DNA from: Lama guanicoe
Taxonomy: Eukaryota
Assembly: GCA_013239625.1 (NCBI GenBank)
Contig: MU054187.1
Location: forward strand, 10,437,231 to 10,501,230
Length of the DNA: 64,000 nucleotides
Reading direction: 5' to 3'
The translations under genes and the position numbers were made by a program. Numbering within the stretch: the first letter of the stretch is position 1; every line of letters begins with the position of its first letter. Positions 38,981 to 52,600 of the stretch are shown here, piece by piece. The notes under the pieces are model-generated. The model was not told the origin of the DNA. It searched no databases and saw only the letters and a list, made by a program, of their open reading frames with translations.

Positions 38981-40074
38981 TGGTCTGGGGTTGTTTTATG
39001 ACTGTTTTGTAGTTGTTAGTTTCATCTCTATGAGTAGCCTATATGCCATGTTAGACTAGGCTTTTTTTTTTCTTTCTCATCACAGTGCCTTGCAACCAGA
39101 GTTCAAGTTTAGAGAGGTTATTAAGGAAATATACGTTGATTAGTCATTTAGAAGTTCTAAAGCCCATATTCTTGGCTTCTCTAAAAAGTTCTAAACTAAT
39201 CACAGAGTTCACAAGCCAGTCTTTCAGTACAAAAGATAGGAAATATCCTTTTAATTAGACATTCCTGTTGAATTAATAACAGCTTATTGGAAACTTTTTC
39301 ATCTGCCCGGAGCTATTGTTTGTTGTTTTGCAACTAGCGTGAGAAAGAAAATTAGTTTGTTTCTTATAATGATAAAAGAAAGGACAGTACTAAACAGCTC
39401 AAGTTTCTGTGTATTATTATACCAAAGGGTTTTAAGCTTCAGTGAATCACTTGTTAGGATAGAACTGATGAATTATATTGGTGTCTGTAACTTGAAAATA
39501 GTCTTACAGTACGTATTGTCTATTTTGATGAGTTCTGTGTTTAGAGATGCATCGTATCACTTTCTGTAATATGAATTAATGGGTACTAAAATTACAGTTT
39601 TATTCTTCATATCTAATCAACTTGAATTTTCTTGTTCTTTGCTTCTTTGCCATAACATCTTTACTATCTACTTTAAAAAGCAATGATAAAACTATTCCAA
39701 AGAAGTCAGGTCTGATTATTTCCAATCCCAGTACATTTCCTTAAATGCCAATACCATATGGAAAAGTTTGACTCCAATATGCGAGACTTTCTTTTTTCTT
39801 TTTTTTTCCTCTTGGACAAAAAAAAAAATGAGTGACATGGAAGCTCAAATTGATGTCAGATGGTTTTATAGCCTGTGGTTTTTGTTTGTGGTCATTAACT
39901 CTGAAGAATCAGGATATACAAAAAGATTAAAGAATCTTTTCAACTACCAAGCTTAAAATATGTATGTTTACAAACAGATGCCATGCATTTTGTCTTGGTT
40001 TATCCTTGCTCCTTTAATTGCTAGTGTTTTTGTTTTGTTTTGTTTTTTAATTCTGTGATGTCTCTTGCATCTTC

Positions 40075-40470
40075 CCATTCATTTATTTATTCAGCAAACA
40101 TTTATTGAGTGTTTTCTCAATACTGCTCTGGGTCCTTCCATTTTCGGATACATGTTCCTCCCTGGAGGAGATCACAGTCTAGTGGGAATACCAGATCAGT
40201 AGACAGATATTTACCGTATGACATCTAATAGTTGTCATGGAGAGATTAGATGTCACCTAATAGAACAAAGTAGGATCAGAGCAACTCATTCTGCCTAGGG
40301 TAGTGCAGGAAGTTTTACACACAGAGCAGATAACCTTGGAACTGAGACTTGAAGGAAGTATAGGAATTTGAACAAAGAAGTGGAGGGAAAGATCTTTATG
40401 CAAAGGGAGTAGCTTAATGCATAGGCACAGAACTGAGAAGGATTTGGCATGTTCGGGAAACAGTGGTAAG
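40075..40470 (-). mobile_element. LINE-2 3' fragment
   Basis: 'cattcatttatttattcagcaaacatttattgagtg..ggaggagatcacagtctagtggg'. Confidence 0.7.
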
Positions 40471-41949
40471 TTCCTTTCCTTAGAGCTAAAGGCACCTTGG
40501 AGGGAAGAGTGGGGATGACGTAGGTTACCATTCTCACTACCAGAAACAAAAGGCCAGTCTTCCCCCAGGTGTCTCCCATCCTGTGTGGCAGTAATATGGA
40601 CCTCATAATCCTCTGTGGAATTCGCAGGAGTTGAAGAAAAGGTAGGCTTTTGATCAGGAAAGAGAATAGGATTGAGTATTATGAAAAACAAACAAAAAAA
40701 GAATATGATGAATGGGGGAGAAAACCCCAGCCTATTCTCAGAACAATGCATAGATTAGTTGGCCGTTCCTAGCATAGGGAAGCTACAGATGAAATGGGCA
40801 CACCCTCAGGAGAGAGCTGGGGAGAGCTGAGCATGGCTTGCTTTGTTTCTTCATCTGTACTCGGTGACCTGGATGAAGTCCCAGAGGGCAACTGGGTGGA
40901 ATGGGTGCTAGTGTCCTTGGTAACAGAAGCAAGCCACGAGATGATTTTTTTATTAGGAAGATACAATGGTCTGAAAATGGGGAAAGTAAAATTTAAAGAC
41001 ACAAATACAGATTTCTGATATTCTGCAATTATTGGGAAAAAGAAGTTAGGTGATTTAACAAATGCCTAAAAGAAGAGAACCATCTTATGAGACTCAAGGA
41101 AATAAGTGTCATCTTACCAGGAAGTCCTGGATAGAGGAGGGTGAAAGTGTCTCTTTACCCTCCTTCAGGGCATTTCATTTTGTTTTGGACGCTGTATTTT
41201 AAGAGACCCTTACAGAGGAGAGAGGCCAGGGGAAGGTAACCACGGCCATGAAAGGTCTGGGAACGATACTGACGGCAAAACAGATAATGACATGGAGGCT
41301 GTAAACCTTCTAGTTGAGTAAAGGAGACAAGGCAGTTGCTGAAAGCAAGAATTGTCCAGAAAGAGAACAACCACTAAATGAAGTCCAGGAGGAAGCAGAC
41401 TGAATTCTACGATAAGGAGATCTTTCTAAAGATTTGCGTTGTGAGTAGGGAAGTAAACAAGATTGGGATAAATGCCTCTACGATGACGGGTTCCTCATGG
41501 GCTGGGAATGTTTGAGTTGTGAATGAGGGCCAGCTTGTCCTCGGTAACGCTGTGCGTTGTGAGAGTTTTTCCTAATGACCTTCAGTGTCACTAGAAGATG
41601 TCTGAGAATGTCAAATACGACACTCTTGATATCCCCAAGATGTGTGTGGACCAGATGGCTTCAGCTGGATGCATTTATAAGTCTTGAAGCCAGCGAGCCC
41701 CGGGCTTGAGGTAGGGCTGTGTGCTGAGAGGTTTTATTGGAGGATGACTGATGGGAAATGACTTAGTTGCTAAATTAAGGTGCATTTGATAATAATGCCA
41801 CCACTAGGAAATGAGTGAGTGCCTGCTTCTTAGCTGGGTACTTTATGAACTGTCTTCATTGTAAGGAACTCAAATGGTGGGCTTAAAAAATTTTTTTCCC
41901 CTCCACCTTGCCTTTTATCAGTGAAGAAATAGAGGTTAAATAAATGAAG

Positions 41950-42130
41950 TCCAGCTGTGACAATTACTAGCTATGTCATGTTGAGGGAGTCACGTAATGT
42001 CCCTGTGCCTCAGTTCCACCATCTAAAAGTGTGGATAATGATAATAATGCCTGCCACAAAGGTGTGCTGTGAGGGCTAAATGCACCTGGGGCAAAATAGA
42101 TGCTTCATTAAAGTTTGCTATCCTATTATA
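41950..42130 (+). mobile_element. MIR SINE
   Basis: 'ttactagctatgt..ctgtgcctcagttccaccatctaaaagtgtggataatgataata'. Confidence 0.75.
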
Positions 42131-42889
42131 ATGTTTCCTCTGACTCTGAAGCTCACTCTGTGTGCACTGTGGCACTTTAATTCCCCCTCAGGGAGCAGTG
42201 GTCGGAAAGGAATATGATGGTTAAAAGAAAATATTGAATAATATTAGAATCTTCATTCTTTACAGGGAAAGTAGTAAAGAAACATGTGCAGTCCATTTGG
42301 GAATTTGGTAGAGAGCCCAGTGGGAGTTGACGGTCACATGAATAGACTTACAGTATTTCCCCTCTGTAAATCCTTTCTCATGTGCACCACCTCTCAAAAC
42401 CAAACTAAAATGCCGCCTACTTGATAAAACATTTTCTGGCCCTCACAATGGAATAGGATTCTGTCTTTCTTTAAACCCCCATAGGATGTTATTTGTTTTA
42501 TTTCCTGCCTCAAATCTTGGTTACTTGTGTACTGGGCTGTCCTCTCCCGAGGACGTAAAGCTCGGTTTTGGCCTGGCCTTTAGCATCTTTTTTTTTTTTT
42601 TTTTGGTGGTATTTCTTGGAATACTTCAGTTTTGGTGCAGATACTCAAGTCTTTATTTGAATTGAGCCATATTATTAAGCTTTAATTTTTACCCCCTTTT
42701 TTTCTGGATCGTTTTAGACAACACTGAGAAGCATCTGCAGAACACTTACTTTTTAAATTTTTTTAACAGAGATGCCGATTCCTAAAATGTTAAGTTTGTG
42801 TACTTTTGCAAAAACAAACATTCCTTTGATGAAATCAGATTCTGAATCTTCGGTGTTCACATACCGACGGTGAACTGATGAAGGGAACG

Positions 42890-43090
42890 AGCTATGCTTC
42901 GCCCCGGCCCCAGCGCGAAGCGCTCTCACGGAAAAGGTGAGCTGCTGTCTTTGGCAGACCCAGCTCCGTGGCCGCGCGGCGGCAGGTCCTCCCCGCGGGC
43001 CCCGCTCTGCTGCGCGGGGGCGTGTGAAGCGCCGGCGCTTCGCGGTCTCGCTCCTCTCGCCATCCTTACGGGCGGTCACTCGGTTTGTGC
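42890..43090. promoter_or_regulatory. Small intronic CpG-dense patch (orphan CpG-island-like)
   Basis: About 27 CpGs hand-counted in ~185 bp (42900-43082) inside an otherwise CpG-poor intron; regulatory role is inferred. Confidence 0.5.
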
Positions 43091-43429
43091 TCCAGAAATC
43101 TCCTCCTACCTGGGTTGCTGGGATAGCTTTCTGACTGAGGTTCCTGCTTCTGTTCTTGCCTCAAATAAGCTCCCACCCTCCATGACAGGGAAATTTCCGT
43201 CCTAAGTGGTGACCGTGTTCATTCGCCCAGAACGTCCCCAGGAGAAGTTACAGGCAGTCAGGCTGGCCTCGGAGGCCCTCCTCCTACCGATTGTGCGTCC
43301 CCAGTGTCCCTTCCCTGCCCTCTCCCTTCTGCCAGAACACGTGAAAGTTATGCTCCAGAAATACAAGTGAGTTTTGTGCATTTACTTACTTGCTCTGATT
43401 GCCCACTAAATGTTACTGGGTGCTTTCTC

Positions 43430-43635
43430 TGTAGATGTTAGGGACATTGGACTCTAGATCCACACGGCCCAGATCGAAGCTGTGTGATCACAGAAGAGGT
43501 TCTAAATTTCTGTCTCTTTCCCCTTGCACATCTGTAAGATGGCGCTGATGCTGGTGTCCACATCCCAAGTGTTGTGAAGATTGCATTAATGCAAGTCAGG
43601 AGCTTATTAGCACAGTGCCTGGCACATTGTAGGCC
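43430..43635 (+). mobile_element. MIR SINE
   Basis: 'catctgtaagatgg..gttgtgaagattgcattaatgc..ttagcacagtgcctggcacat'. Confidence 0.7.
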
Positions 43636-45874
43636 AGCCGCGGTCTCACTCTGTGGCCAGTCCTGCTCTGGGGACTGGGTCGTCGCATGTTGGCTCTGCT
43701 GTTCTCCTTGTCTTGAGTGTCTTCCCCTCTGGCTCCTTGAAGAATTTCTGTCTATTCTTTAGAACCTCCTAAGGTATCAATAAAACCTTTTCATGTCACC
43801 CTTTCCATGCTCAGAATGATCTGATCACCCCATCTTCTGTGCGTTGAAACTAAATGTACATGCAACACACTTTAATGCAAGGTTTTTTATATGTATCAGT
43901 GTTCCCTACTGCATCATAAACTCAAGAGGACAAAGACTTTGATTTAGTTCTAACTGATTCCTTGGAAGCTAACTCAGTGCCAGGCACATAGTACTTAAGC
44001 AATGTGTTTAGTATTTAATAGTGTGTTTTTCAAATGAATGACAAAGCACTTTTTGATACACAGTGGTGGTGGTGGCACTGACTGCCAGAATTTTGGACTT
44101 GGACCCAGAGCCTTCTGTCACTGTGTCGTGCTGATAAGCACGCACATACATATGTCTCTGTGGATGTAGTTTGACTGGTATTTGCTCGACTCAGTAAAAT
44201 AATTAGTGCGAGTTTTTCATTTATTTAACTACTTCCGGTAGAAATAAATTTCTCTGACTGCCGATGTAGACATGCAGGCCACGAGTTGTGGTGATTCGGG
44301 GCCCAAGAGCTGTTGCTGTTCCCCTGGAAGACTTGCATGTCTACGGTGGACAGGGGCTCAGACCCTCTCTGGCGGGAAGTAGCGCCGAGGACTCTGTCAA
44401 GTACACAGGCAGATCGTGCTGAATGCTTTTCTGGGTCATGTTCGTCTCATAAAAACAATCAATTCCCAGCCTTCCCAGAGGAGGAAATGCTGAAGGTCCC
44501 TAGCTGCAGTGTGGGGTGAGGAGGAAACCAAGACTGAGAAGGGGAGGGGCCCCCCTGCCCGTCCTTCCCTTGGCAAGTAACCGGCAGGCACCCAGCCCAG
44601 TCACACAGGTCCCCACACAGCGGCTTTCAGGCGAAACTCGCGCTGCTGCTTAAATGCAGAAGGTTTTTTTTTTTTCCTTCCTTTTGTCTTTTGTAGCGAC
44701 CACATTGTTCCAGTGACCGGAGCAACATGACATAGAAGCAGAAAAAAACACCCCAAGTTCTTGCCGGTTGCTAGGCAGAGAAAATGCTTTTGGATATTTG
44801 AAGTATGCTTCCCATGTTGATTTCCTAATCATGCCTTGTTTTCAAAGCCAAACACAATAGCATCCTGAACACTCATCGGTATGTGGTCGGTTTTGCTGCC
44901 AAGCTCATTAACAGATTTCGATTCAGAGGAATGAGAATAAAGGCGATGCTCTTGGTAAAGAAGTTACTTTGTGGGAAATTTGATTTTTCTCTATTGAGGC
45001 TTGCTATTTCTAATTTTTTGATGTAATGTTATAGAGATTAATTCTCCTGGCTATATTTGTTTTAATTTTAACACATACTGTTTTTAGATTATACTTAACC
45101 TTGATGCTAATGTATTTGCAAGGGATGTTACCCAACTTATCTTTAAAAAAAATGATGTATTATTATTCATGTTGGATCTAAACGTCACGATCAGAGCAGT
45201 CTATCTGTATGTGGATTTACTTTATACTGGAGTTTTCCTTATTGTCAGGGACGCTGTTTGCTCTGGAACTCCAGACCTCTCACTGCTAAGCAGGACAGCC
45301 TGTGAGTCCTGAAATCAGAGGCAGAGAATCGCTAGGAAGGCTGTTGAGTATAGCAGGCTGCAAGGGAAGTAGGAAGGGGTTCCCTTTCCTGGATGGCCAG
45401 ACACATTAAGAAGGGGCAGGAACACGGACGCTGCAGCTGGTGGTTTGAGAGGAATGGCAGGTCAGGGCGGGGCATTCAGGGTTGGCCAGTCCTGAGGTCC
45501 GTTGTTGACCTGTGGGTGTGGAGCTCCTCCATTTATGCAAGCAACCAATGGTGCCCACCAGAGATATCCAGAGTGATGTCTCTTTAATTCTATTATCAGG
45601 ACCATGAAGTTTCTAGCAGGGAACACAGCTCTACTTGAGGCTTTCAGGAAACTTTGTGACTAGGAAGACACTTGTATTGGTGGAAAGATCTCAGACCAGA
45701 CTATCGCTTGGGAGATGGTAGTTGAAGGTTAATTTCCTTTGATTGGTGAAAGAGTATTGAGAGAAGAGTTCATTTTCATGATGCTTCCTTTGGCTGGAAA
45801 CAGGGAAATAGGGAAAGATAATATATTTTTCTAGGATCTCTTTTGGGCTGGTCAGGTTATACTAATGAAAATGA

Positions 45875-46095
45875 TTTAGTATGCAAGGCAGAGTGCCAAG
45901 TGCATTGTGTGTGTGTGTAAACTCTTAATTCTCACAGTAATCCCGTGAGGTGGGCACTCTTATTCTCCCTTTCTTACGGACGGGACATTGAGGTACAGCG
46001 AGATTAAGCAATCGCCCATAATTGCCCAGCCAGTGAGTGGCAGAGCCGGGGTTTGAACCATGTCTTGTGATGGAGTCCCTGCTCTTAGCCTGGGC
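45875..46095 (-). mobile_element. MIR SINE
   Basis: 'ttaattctcacagtaatcccgtgaggtggg..tgaggtacagcgagattaag..gtggcagagccggggtttgaacc'. Confidence 0.8.
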
Positions 46096-48681
46096 ATGCA
46101 GTGGGTATCAGTATTGTCCACGATGTCTGGACTGGTCTCTGAGCTCTCTGTAACACTTCCACAGAACGTTTATCTCGCTGAGGGTAAGTCATTGATTTTC
46201 ATTTGTGTCACTGCTGTAATTCTGCAGAGGTTTGACTTTGTACTACGCTGGCACCAGGGACCTTATGAAGTTGTAGGATGCAGAGACAGCCACCTGGCGG
46301 CTGAGAGTAACAGGAAGGTGGGGAGCTTCAGGTGATTCCCTGCGACCCTCTCCAGCTCTTGTCTGGGGACTAGAGAGAATGTCTTGTGCCACAGCGTAGA
46401 ATTCACTGAGACCAAAGTTAAAGATGATTAAGAACACCCCAGGTCACTCATTTCTGTTGTGTTTATATCTGCTCTTTTTATCATCAATATTCCTGTCTTT
46501 CTAGAATGGTGTGAAGCCGGTCAGCCCTCCCTAAAAGTGAAGCTAGCGAAGCATTTGGCTGGCAGTGCTAAACAGATCAATTCAGAGCCACTACTGGCAT
46601 TTTAAACGTGATTCTTTTTCTCTGTACCGTCTGGGCGCCTTGAGAATGTTTCTTGTTCCTTTTTCCAACCTGCGGTGCTTCTGCAGGGATTCTGGGGCTA
46701 TCTCTCCGTAGGGAGAGCTATATGCATTGGGTTCAGAGTTTCAGTTACCAGATGTGTCCAGGATGAAGTCAGAGGCTGAGGCAGAAAATCCCCTACAATT
46801 CCAGGTGCGTGTTCAGGTTCACCTCCTGCCTTGCTCCCCCAGCCCCCACCTCATGCACTGTCCTGATGGCCTGTCCTCAGATGGACCTAGTAGCTTCTGC
46901 CTCTGAGTCTGGCCTCACATGGTTCCCTTTGCTAGAAATGCCCTTTACCCCACATCTTTTTGCCTACGGAAGCCCTTCTAGATCTGTGATGCTCCAAATT
47001 TCTTTTCTAAGCAGCTGTCCAGGGTCCGCCTCGGCTGCATTTAATCTGCCCCTTCCCTGCGCTCTGCTAATCCTCATTTCCAGACTGTCTCCATTCTCAG
47101 GCAAGCCTCAAATCAGATATTTGTGAATAGGTCTGTGTTCCTCATTAGGAATTCTGGAGGACCGGAAGTATTGTGTGTACGTGTGAACACTCACATGCAC
47201 CTGCACACGGTGTCTCTGGTGTCCCCATAAGGCAGGAGAGCAGTCACTCGAAGTGCTTTGTCATTTTGAATGACCACCCCCAATCATCCCTTTCACTTTT
47301 TGCCCCTTCATGTAAGGGAAGCCTTGTCCCGATACCACAGGACCTATCTGAGCCCCTCCACCCTCTGGTCATACAGCTTAGGGTCATCTCTCTTCCTATC
47401 CTGTTAATTTCCAAGATGCTGCATCTGCCTCCCTCCTCCTGCTCCTTCTCAGTGCTCCCCATCCCCCCAACACTGCGCCGCCTCCCCCAGGGCTAAATTT
47501 AGAGCAGCAGGATTGCCGGTGATGAAAAGTTGATGAGAGCGAAGGCAGGCTGTGGCTGGTGCCCTCTGGCAGCCCTTATGTCATTATTTCAGTTCCGCCG
47601 ATGAAGACACTGAAGCTGGTGGCGATGAGGGAGCGCAGCTGGGCCTCGAAGCCAGTTTTCTCTGCCCAGACCCCGTGCTCTTTCCCCTGTTCTCCCGAAG
47701 CCCCCGGAGCCCCGCCCCGTGCCTGGCCCCAAGCACTCATCACTCCCGTGAGCCCTCGCCGCTGCCCCCTCCAGAGAGGGACTGGAGCCCCAGTGCTCAG
47801 AGAGCAAGTCACCCACCGAAGTCCGCCTGCAGACGGCGAAGAGCCCCACGACACAAGCGCCGTCTGCCCACCTCGTCTCTCCCCATCACACCGCGCCGTC
47901 TCCTGACTGCCCCAAAGAGAGACGCCAGCCGTTTCCTGGCTTCTCTCTTCCCCAGGGTTGCTGTCCACTGTTCGCCTTCCATCTTCAGGCCCCCAGCCTC
48001 GCTGCAGAGTCTGGGGCCTAAGGTAGGGGTCTCTTGCCTGATTAGCTTATCCTTTTGTGAGATGGTTGGGCGCTCAGAAGCTTCCAGAAGCTAGCTGGGA
48101 ATGTATACGTGACAAGTGACTGGTGGTAATGGCACATTGGAGACAGCCTGTGTCCTGTCCAAAGGGACAGAGGTCAGCTCCAGCCAGCTGTTGCTGACAG
48201 GGAGTGTGGCCCCAGTGTTCCCAGAATGCCTTCTTTTCCAGAATAGGCTGGAATTCTGGATTTTTGATCTGAGGTTTCCAAATTTTTAAAACCTGGAGCA
48301 AGCAGATCCGTCATGTGTGGACCAGATTTCCAGGCTACCATATCGTGACCCCTGTTGGGACCTGACTGCCTGCTCCTGCTTGTGTGCGACCTGTCTGCCC
48401 CATAAACATCTGGATCTGTGACCCTTGGTTTGGGAAAGGAGAGCAAACTTAACAGATGAGATATGGGTATGGAAAAAGAGTTCAGGAAAGAAAGCTAATA
48501 TTTGATAAAAATACATGCTAAAATAAGTGGAGTGAGTCTAAATTTACATTTAAATGTAAGTGGCATTTTCATTTCATTAGATTACCTCAAAATACTTTTC
48601 TCCAAATAGTTATCTCTCTTCTAAGTTTTGCTTAAGAATGATCTTTAAATGTATTTTTAAAACTTCTAAATCTTAAATATT

Positions 48682-48791
48682 CTTTTTTTAAAAAAAATTG
48701 AAGTACAGTCAGTTACAATGTGTCAATTTCTGGTGTACAGCACAATGTCCCAGTCATGCAAATACATACATATATTTGTTTTCATACTTTT
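48682..48791 (-). mobile_element. ~110-bp young L1 3' stub with TSD
   Basis: 'attgaagtacagtcagttacaatgtgtcaatttctggtgtacagcacaatgtcccagtc'; flanked by TCTTAAATAT at 48671-48680 and 48792-48801. Confidence 0.85.
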
Positions 48792-49450
48792 TCTTAAATA
48801 TCTTAAGAGTTAAAATTTCCAGATCTGGTTAAATATTAGACTACTAAAAATAATAGTTCATTTTCTCAACATAAAATTACTTGGTTAGCTAGTGTTTTTA
48901 TTACTTTGCCGTTCAGGCCTACATTCCTATAGTTTAATAAGTATTTGAACTGTTCAGCCAAATTAGCACAGAGCTTAAACATGTATTAGCAATGTCTTGA
49001 TAATGTTGCTCTATATTTCATGCAAATCTATTGGTGGTTTTGCCATTTTAAAGTAGCTAACTTGTGATTTTACCATAGCAATTTAAAGTTGTCTTAGTAT
49101 TAAATAAAAATAACTTACCCGCTATTTCTTTAATTACTTAATGTGGTATTGCTAAAATCAATCAAAGTGCACCTAAATAGACCTTTAAAATAACCAATGT
49201 AGGGACATACTTTCTTGAGAAATACCACATTCCATAAACATTTTTCTAAGTATGTAACTCAAATATCCAAAATGCTGGCGTGTTTACAAAATGAATACTT
49301 TCTGCTAGATGAAGCAATAATTTCTGGGTGTTTTTGTTTTTTGTTTTTCAAGCTTCCTGAGCTGCTCCTTGGTGAAAATGTGAACCTCTGCTCTGAATCT
49401 TTGAGCATCGTAGAATTGCTGGGTAGGGCTGGTGCTGTCTGTGTAGCGGA

Positions 49451-49630
49451 CCAGTGGTTCTTAAGCCTGTCTGCATGTTAGAATCATCAGGGAAGCTTTT
49501 CAATGATCTCCAGATGCACCCCCAGTAGATCTGATTTACTTGACTTGGTGTAAAGTCTGGGCAGTTTTTTATTTTCTTTTTAAACTTTCCCCAAGTGGTT
49601 GTAATATGTAGCCAGGGATACAGACCACTT
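49451..49630. mobile_element. MER5-like DNA transposon
   Basis: 'cagtggttcttaagcc..tagaatcatcaggga..ccccaagtggttgtaatatgtagccaggg..gaccact'. Confidence 0.7.
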
Positions 49631-52600
49631 TTGACTTTAGAGAATGCCAGGCATCACTGACGTGGTGGCACTGAGTTTCAGCAGTAAGTACACCTCTCTC
49701 AAGGTCCCCGGTGGCCTGCCTACATTGTGCTCCTAGGGCTGTAGGCCTGCTGTCTTGGCCTAAGGCTGAAAGCCTTCCAGAGATTACAGCTTTATACACT
49801 CAGTGCAATGGAATAGAAGGAGTTCGATCTTGCCCTAGTTGTGTGTGTCTATGTGTTTTCCTTATCCTTAATAATAAGTACGTGTCTGATTCATTGAGCT
49901 ATGTGCTTGATACCAGCATTGTACTTAATTTTCCCAACTCTACAAAGTAGTTATGATTATTATAATTCTACAGGGAGAAAACAAGATCAGAAAGAAGGAG
50001 GAACATGATATGCCCAAGCTCATACAACTAAGAAGTGGTAGAATTTAAACCCCAGGCAGAGTGACTTAAGTTCATATGCTTAACCTTCATATCAAGGGGT
50101 TCAAATGAAACACATTGTAAGGTGAGGCAGGGAACAAAAAAGAGCAAATCTTCTCAGCGGTAAACATTAGGGAGTGGTGGGGACTGGAGCACACTGAGGG
50201 GCACCACCACTCAGCTTTAGGAGGTAATCTAAAAAATCTGGAATTTTTAACATAAATCCTTCTCAACTTTTAAAGATAGTAAGCCTCTATTACAAATTGT
50301 ATTGTCTTCACTGTTTTTTATTCTTGCTTAAGGAAAGCCCTAGTCAGAGAAAGAGGTCCTGAAAAGATGGTACAAGCAATGCATTAAGCCCTTTGAAAGG
50401 GGAGCATATAGATTCTTTTGATGAGAGACTGGTCTTTCCATAGATAGAGCCTATATTGACCTACACTAGCTCTTTGTCTTATTTTCTCCAGAACCGGTAT
50501 AGACTGGTTTTTTGTGAGGCCAAAGGCTAAGCTGCATGTGCAGGAATGTCACATTGGTCCGAAGGTTAAATCAAGGACATCTGCCCAGTTTCTGTGCTGT
50601 CTCTGTGGTTCAGTATGAGGTATCACAGTGTCCTAGACATAAGTGTTAAGATATAACCCCCCCCAACCAACTTAATATCTTGGTTTTGTTCTGTTCTCAT
50701 GGATAAATTTCAAATTTTTGTGCTGTGTATTAATTAATCTCAGCTAAGAAGTATGCTTAACAGTTCCTTAGTAATTATTCATTCAATAAGCATTTAGTCT
50801 GAGAAACATCTAAGAACTTTGAGAAATAGAGTATTTTATAATTTTATGGAACATTGTTTAAACTCAGATTGTTTAAAATCAGATATTGAGCCTTTGAAAA
50901 AATTTGAGATTGAGTGGTAATGATAAGCAATTTTTAAGACAGATTTCTCCTTCAGTGTTCCAATACAGCATATAATGATTTAGCCATTCTTAAAACAGGA
51001 CAGTGCCTTCCAAGAAACATCATTGTTAAGGGCCATACGACTAGAGGACCTGAATGTTAGCACTTTGATTTAGAAACAGTCAAAGCTTATTTTCTATAGC
51101 CTCTGTAGCAACGGTTCAGATTCCATTAGTTTGGATTATTCATCTGAACATAATAGGAACTGTCTTCCTGTTAGAGGAACCAAACTGAGTTCTTTCAGAG
51201 GGTGTAGGGGGTCATAACTGGTACCTTAGGTAAACAAGGGCAATGTAATTAGTTGTTTTTAAGGAAAAACTTTAGTTGAACACATTTCAATTGGAAATTC
51301 TGGAGTTGTGAAAAAAATTGCAGTGTTTAAAAATAATATTTGAAGATTATGAACTATATATTTTAGAACTTGAACAACTTCAAACTGTCCTTGGCTTACA
51401 TTTGTAAGCAGATTTCAAAATGTTTTAACTTTTTTAATGATGAGGAAGCAATTGAAGCAATTATTAAAAATGGTTCTAGATTTGTGAGTATTTATAGATG
51501 CTTGTTCAGTCACCTAAGAATTCTATTTCTTAGAGCACATTTCATTAGACTGTGTCCCTTCTCCAGGTAGTAGCATCCATTTGGAATCAGATAATGATTG
51601 AGGATGAGATATCTAATTTGTAGTTATAATTCTAGTTTCTTAGAAAGAATACTATATCTTATAACTACTTTTTGAAATTTTAGACTGTTGCTTCAGTTCA
51701 ATGACTATTCACAGTGGGCCTTATTCAGTGCCACGGGCATGCCCAAGTGTAAGGTTAAATGCCCAATAAACATTTTATCCAATTAATTCTATTGGCCACT
51801 TAATTAAGAAAAAAAATATAGAACAAAGGATTGGAGGAAATCTTCATGGACAAAGCAGGCTCTGATCCAGGTTCTGAAGGATGATTGAGTTTATGCAGAC
51901 AGGTTGGTGCAGCTCTTATTGTTAGAAACACTAGTGATTGAAGGAGGAAGTGATTGGAGTCACAGGATGACTTTTGGAAGATAAATGGCTGCGAGATAAT
52001 ATTGTAAAAGATTAAGTTCTGTAGAAATGATGCATAAAAATTTATGTAACTTTAAACTTATTGTTGCTCATCTACTCTCATCTGGTCCTGGGTGATTCGC
52101 ACAAGCCAGATGGACCATGTTTTCTTCTGTTCCAAGGCCATAGACTGCTCTTACTGTCTCAGAAATCTATTGCACTGGTGGGCTGGCTGAGACCACCACT
52201 GACATGCTATGGGAGAAAGCCCGAATTAGCCCAGCCCAGGAATTATCCTAAGCTAATTAAGTTTTCAGAAGAAGTACTTCACCATGAAGTCCAGAGAGTG
52301 AGTTAACAGATCTTTATGAGCTGTGCTATGTGTCCGTCAGTGTAACATCCAGGGGGATGTTAAAAGCAAGAACTATGCCTGGAGAGGAGACAGGTGTTTG
52401 ATCCTAGAAGACATTTTATGCTAAGGAGGTCCAAAATGTTTTACCATAATTTGATAGGTGTGTAATTCTATCCAGAACTGAATTTTAAGCATTTTGGGGA
52501 GAAGAATTCTGTTACTTTTTATCCTTTTAACTTTTTTTTTTCCTTTTTTCTCCCATTCTCTCCCATCCACAGTTTTCCCTCCTTTTCTTTTCTTTTAGAC

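Noticed and set aside
40550..41750. Purine-rich stretch that may be an ancient LINE or a pseudogene
   Set aside because: I could not assign a family or recognise a peptide by eye; it needs RepeatMasker or tBLASTx
48544..48559. Perfect 16-bp palindrome TTACATTTAAATGTAA
   Set aside because: About one such palindrome is expected by chance in 64 kb, and more in AT-rich DNA
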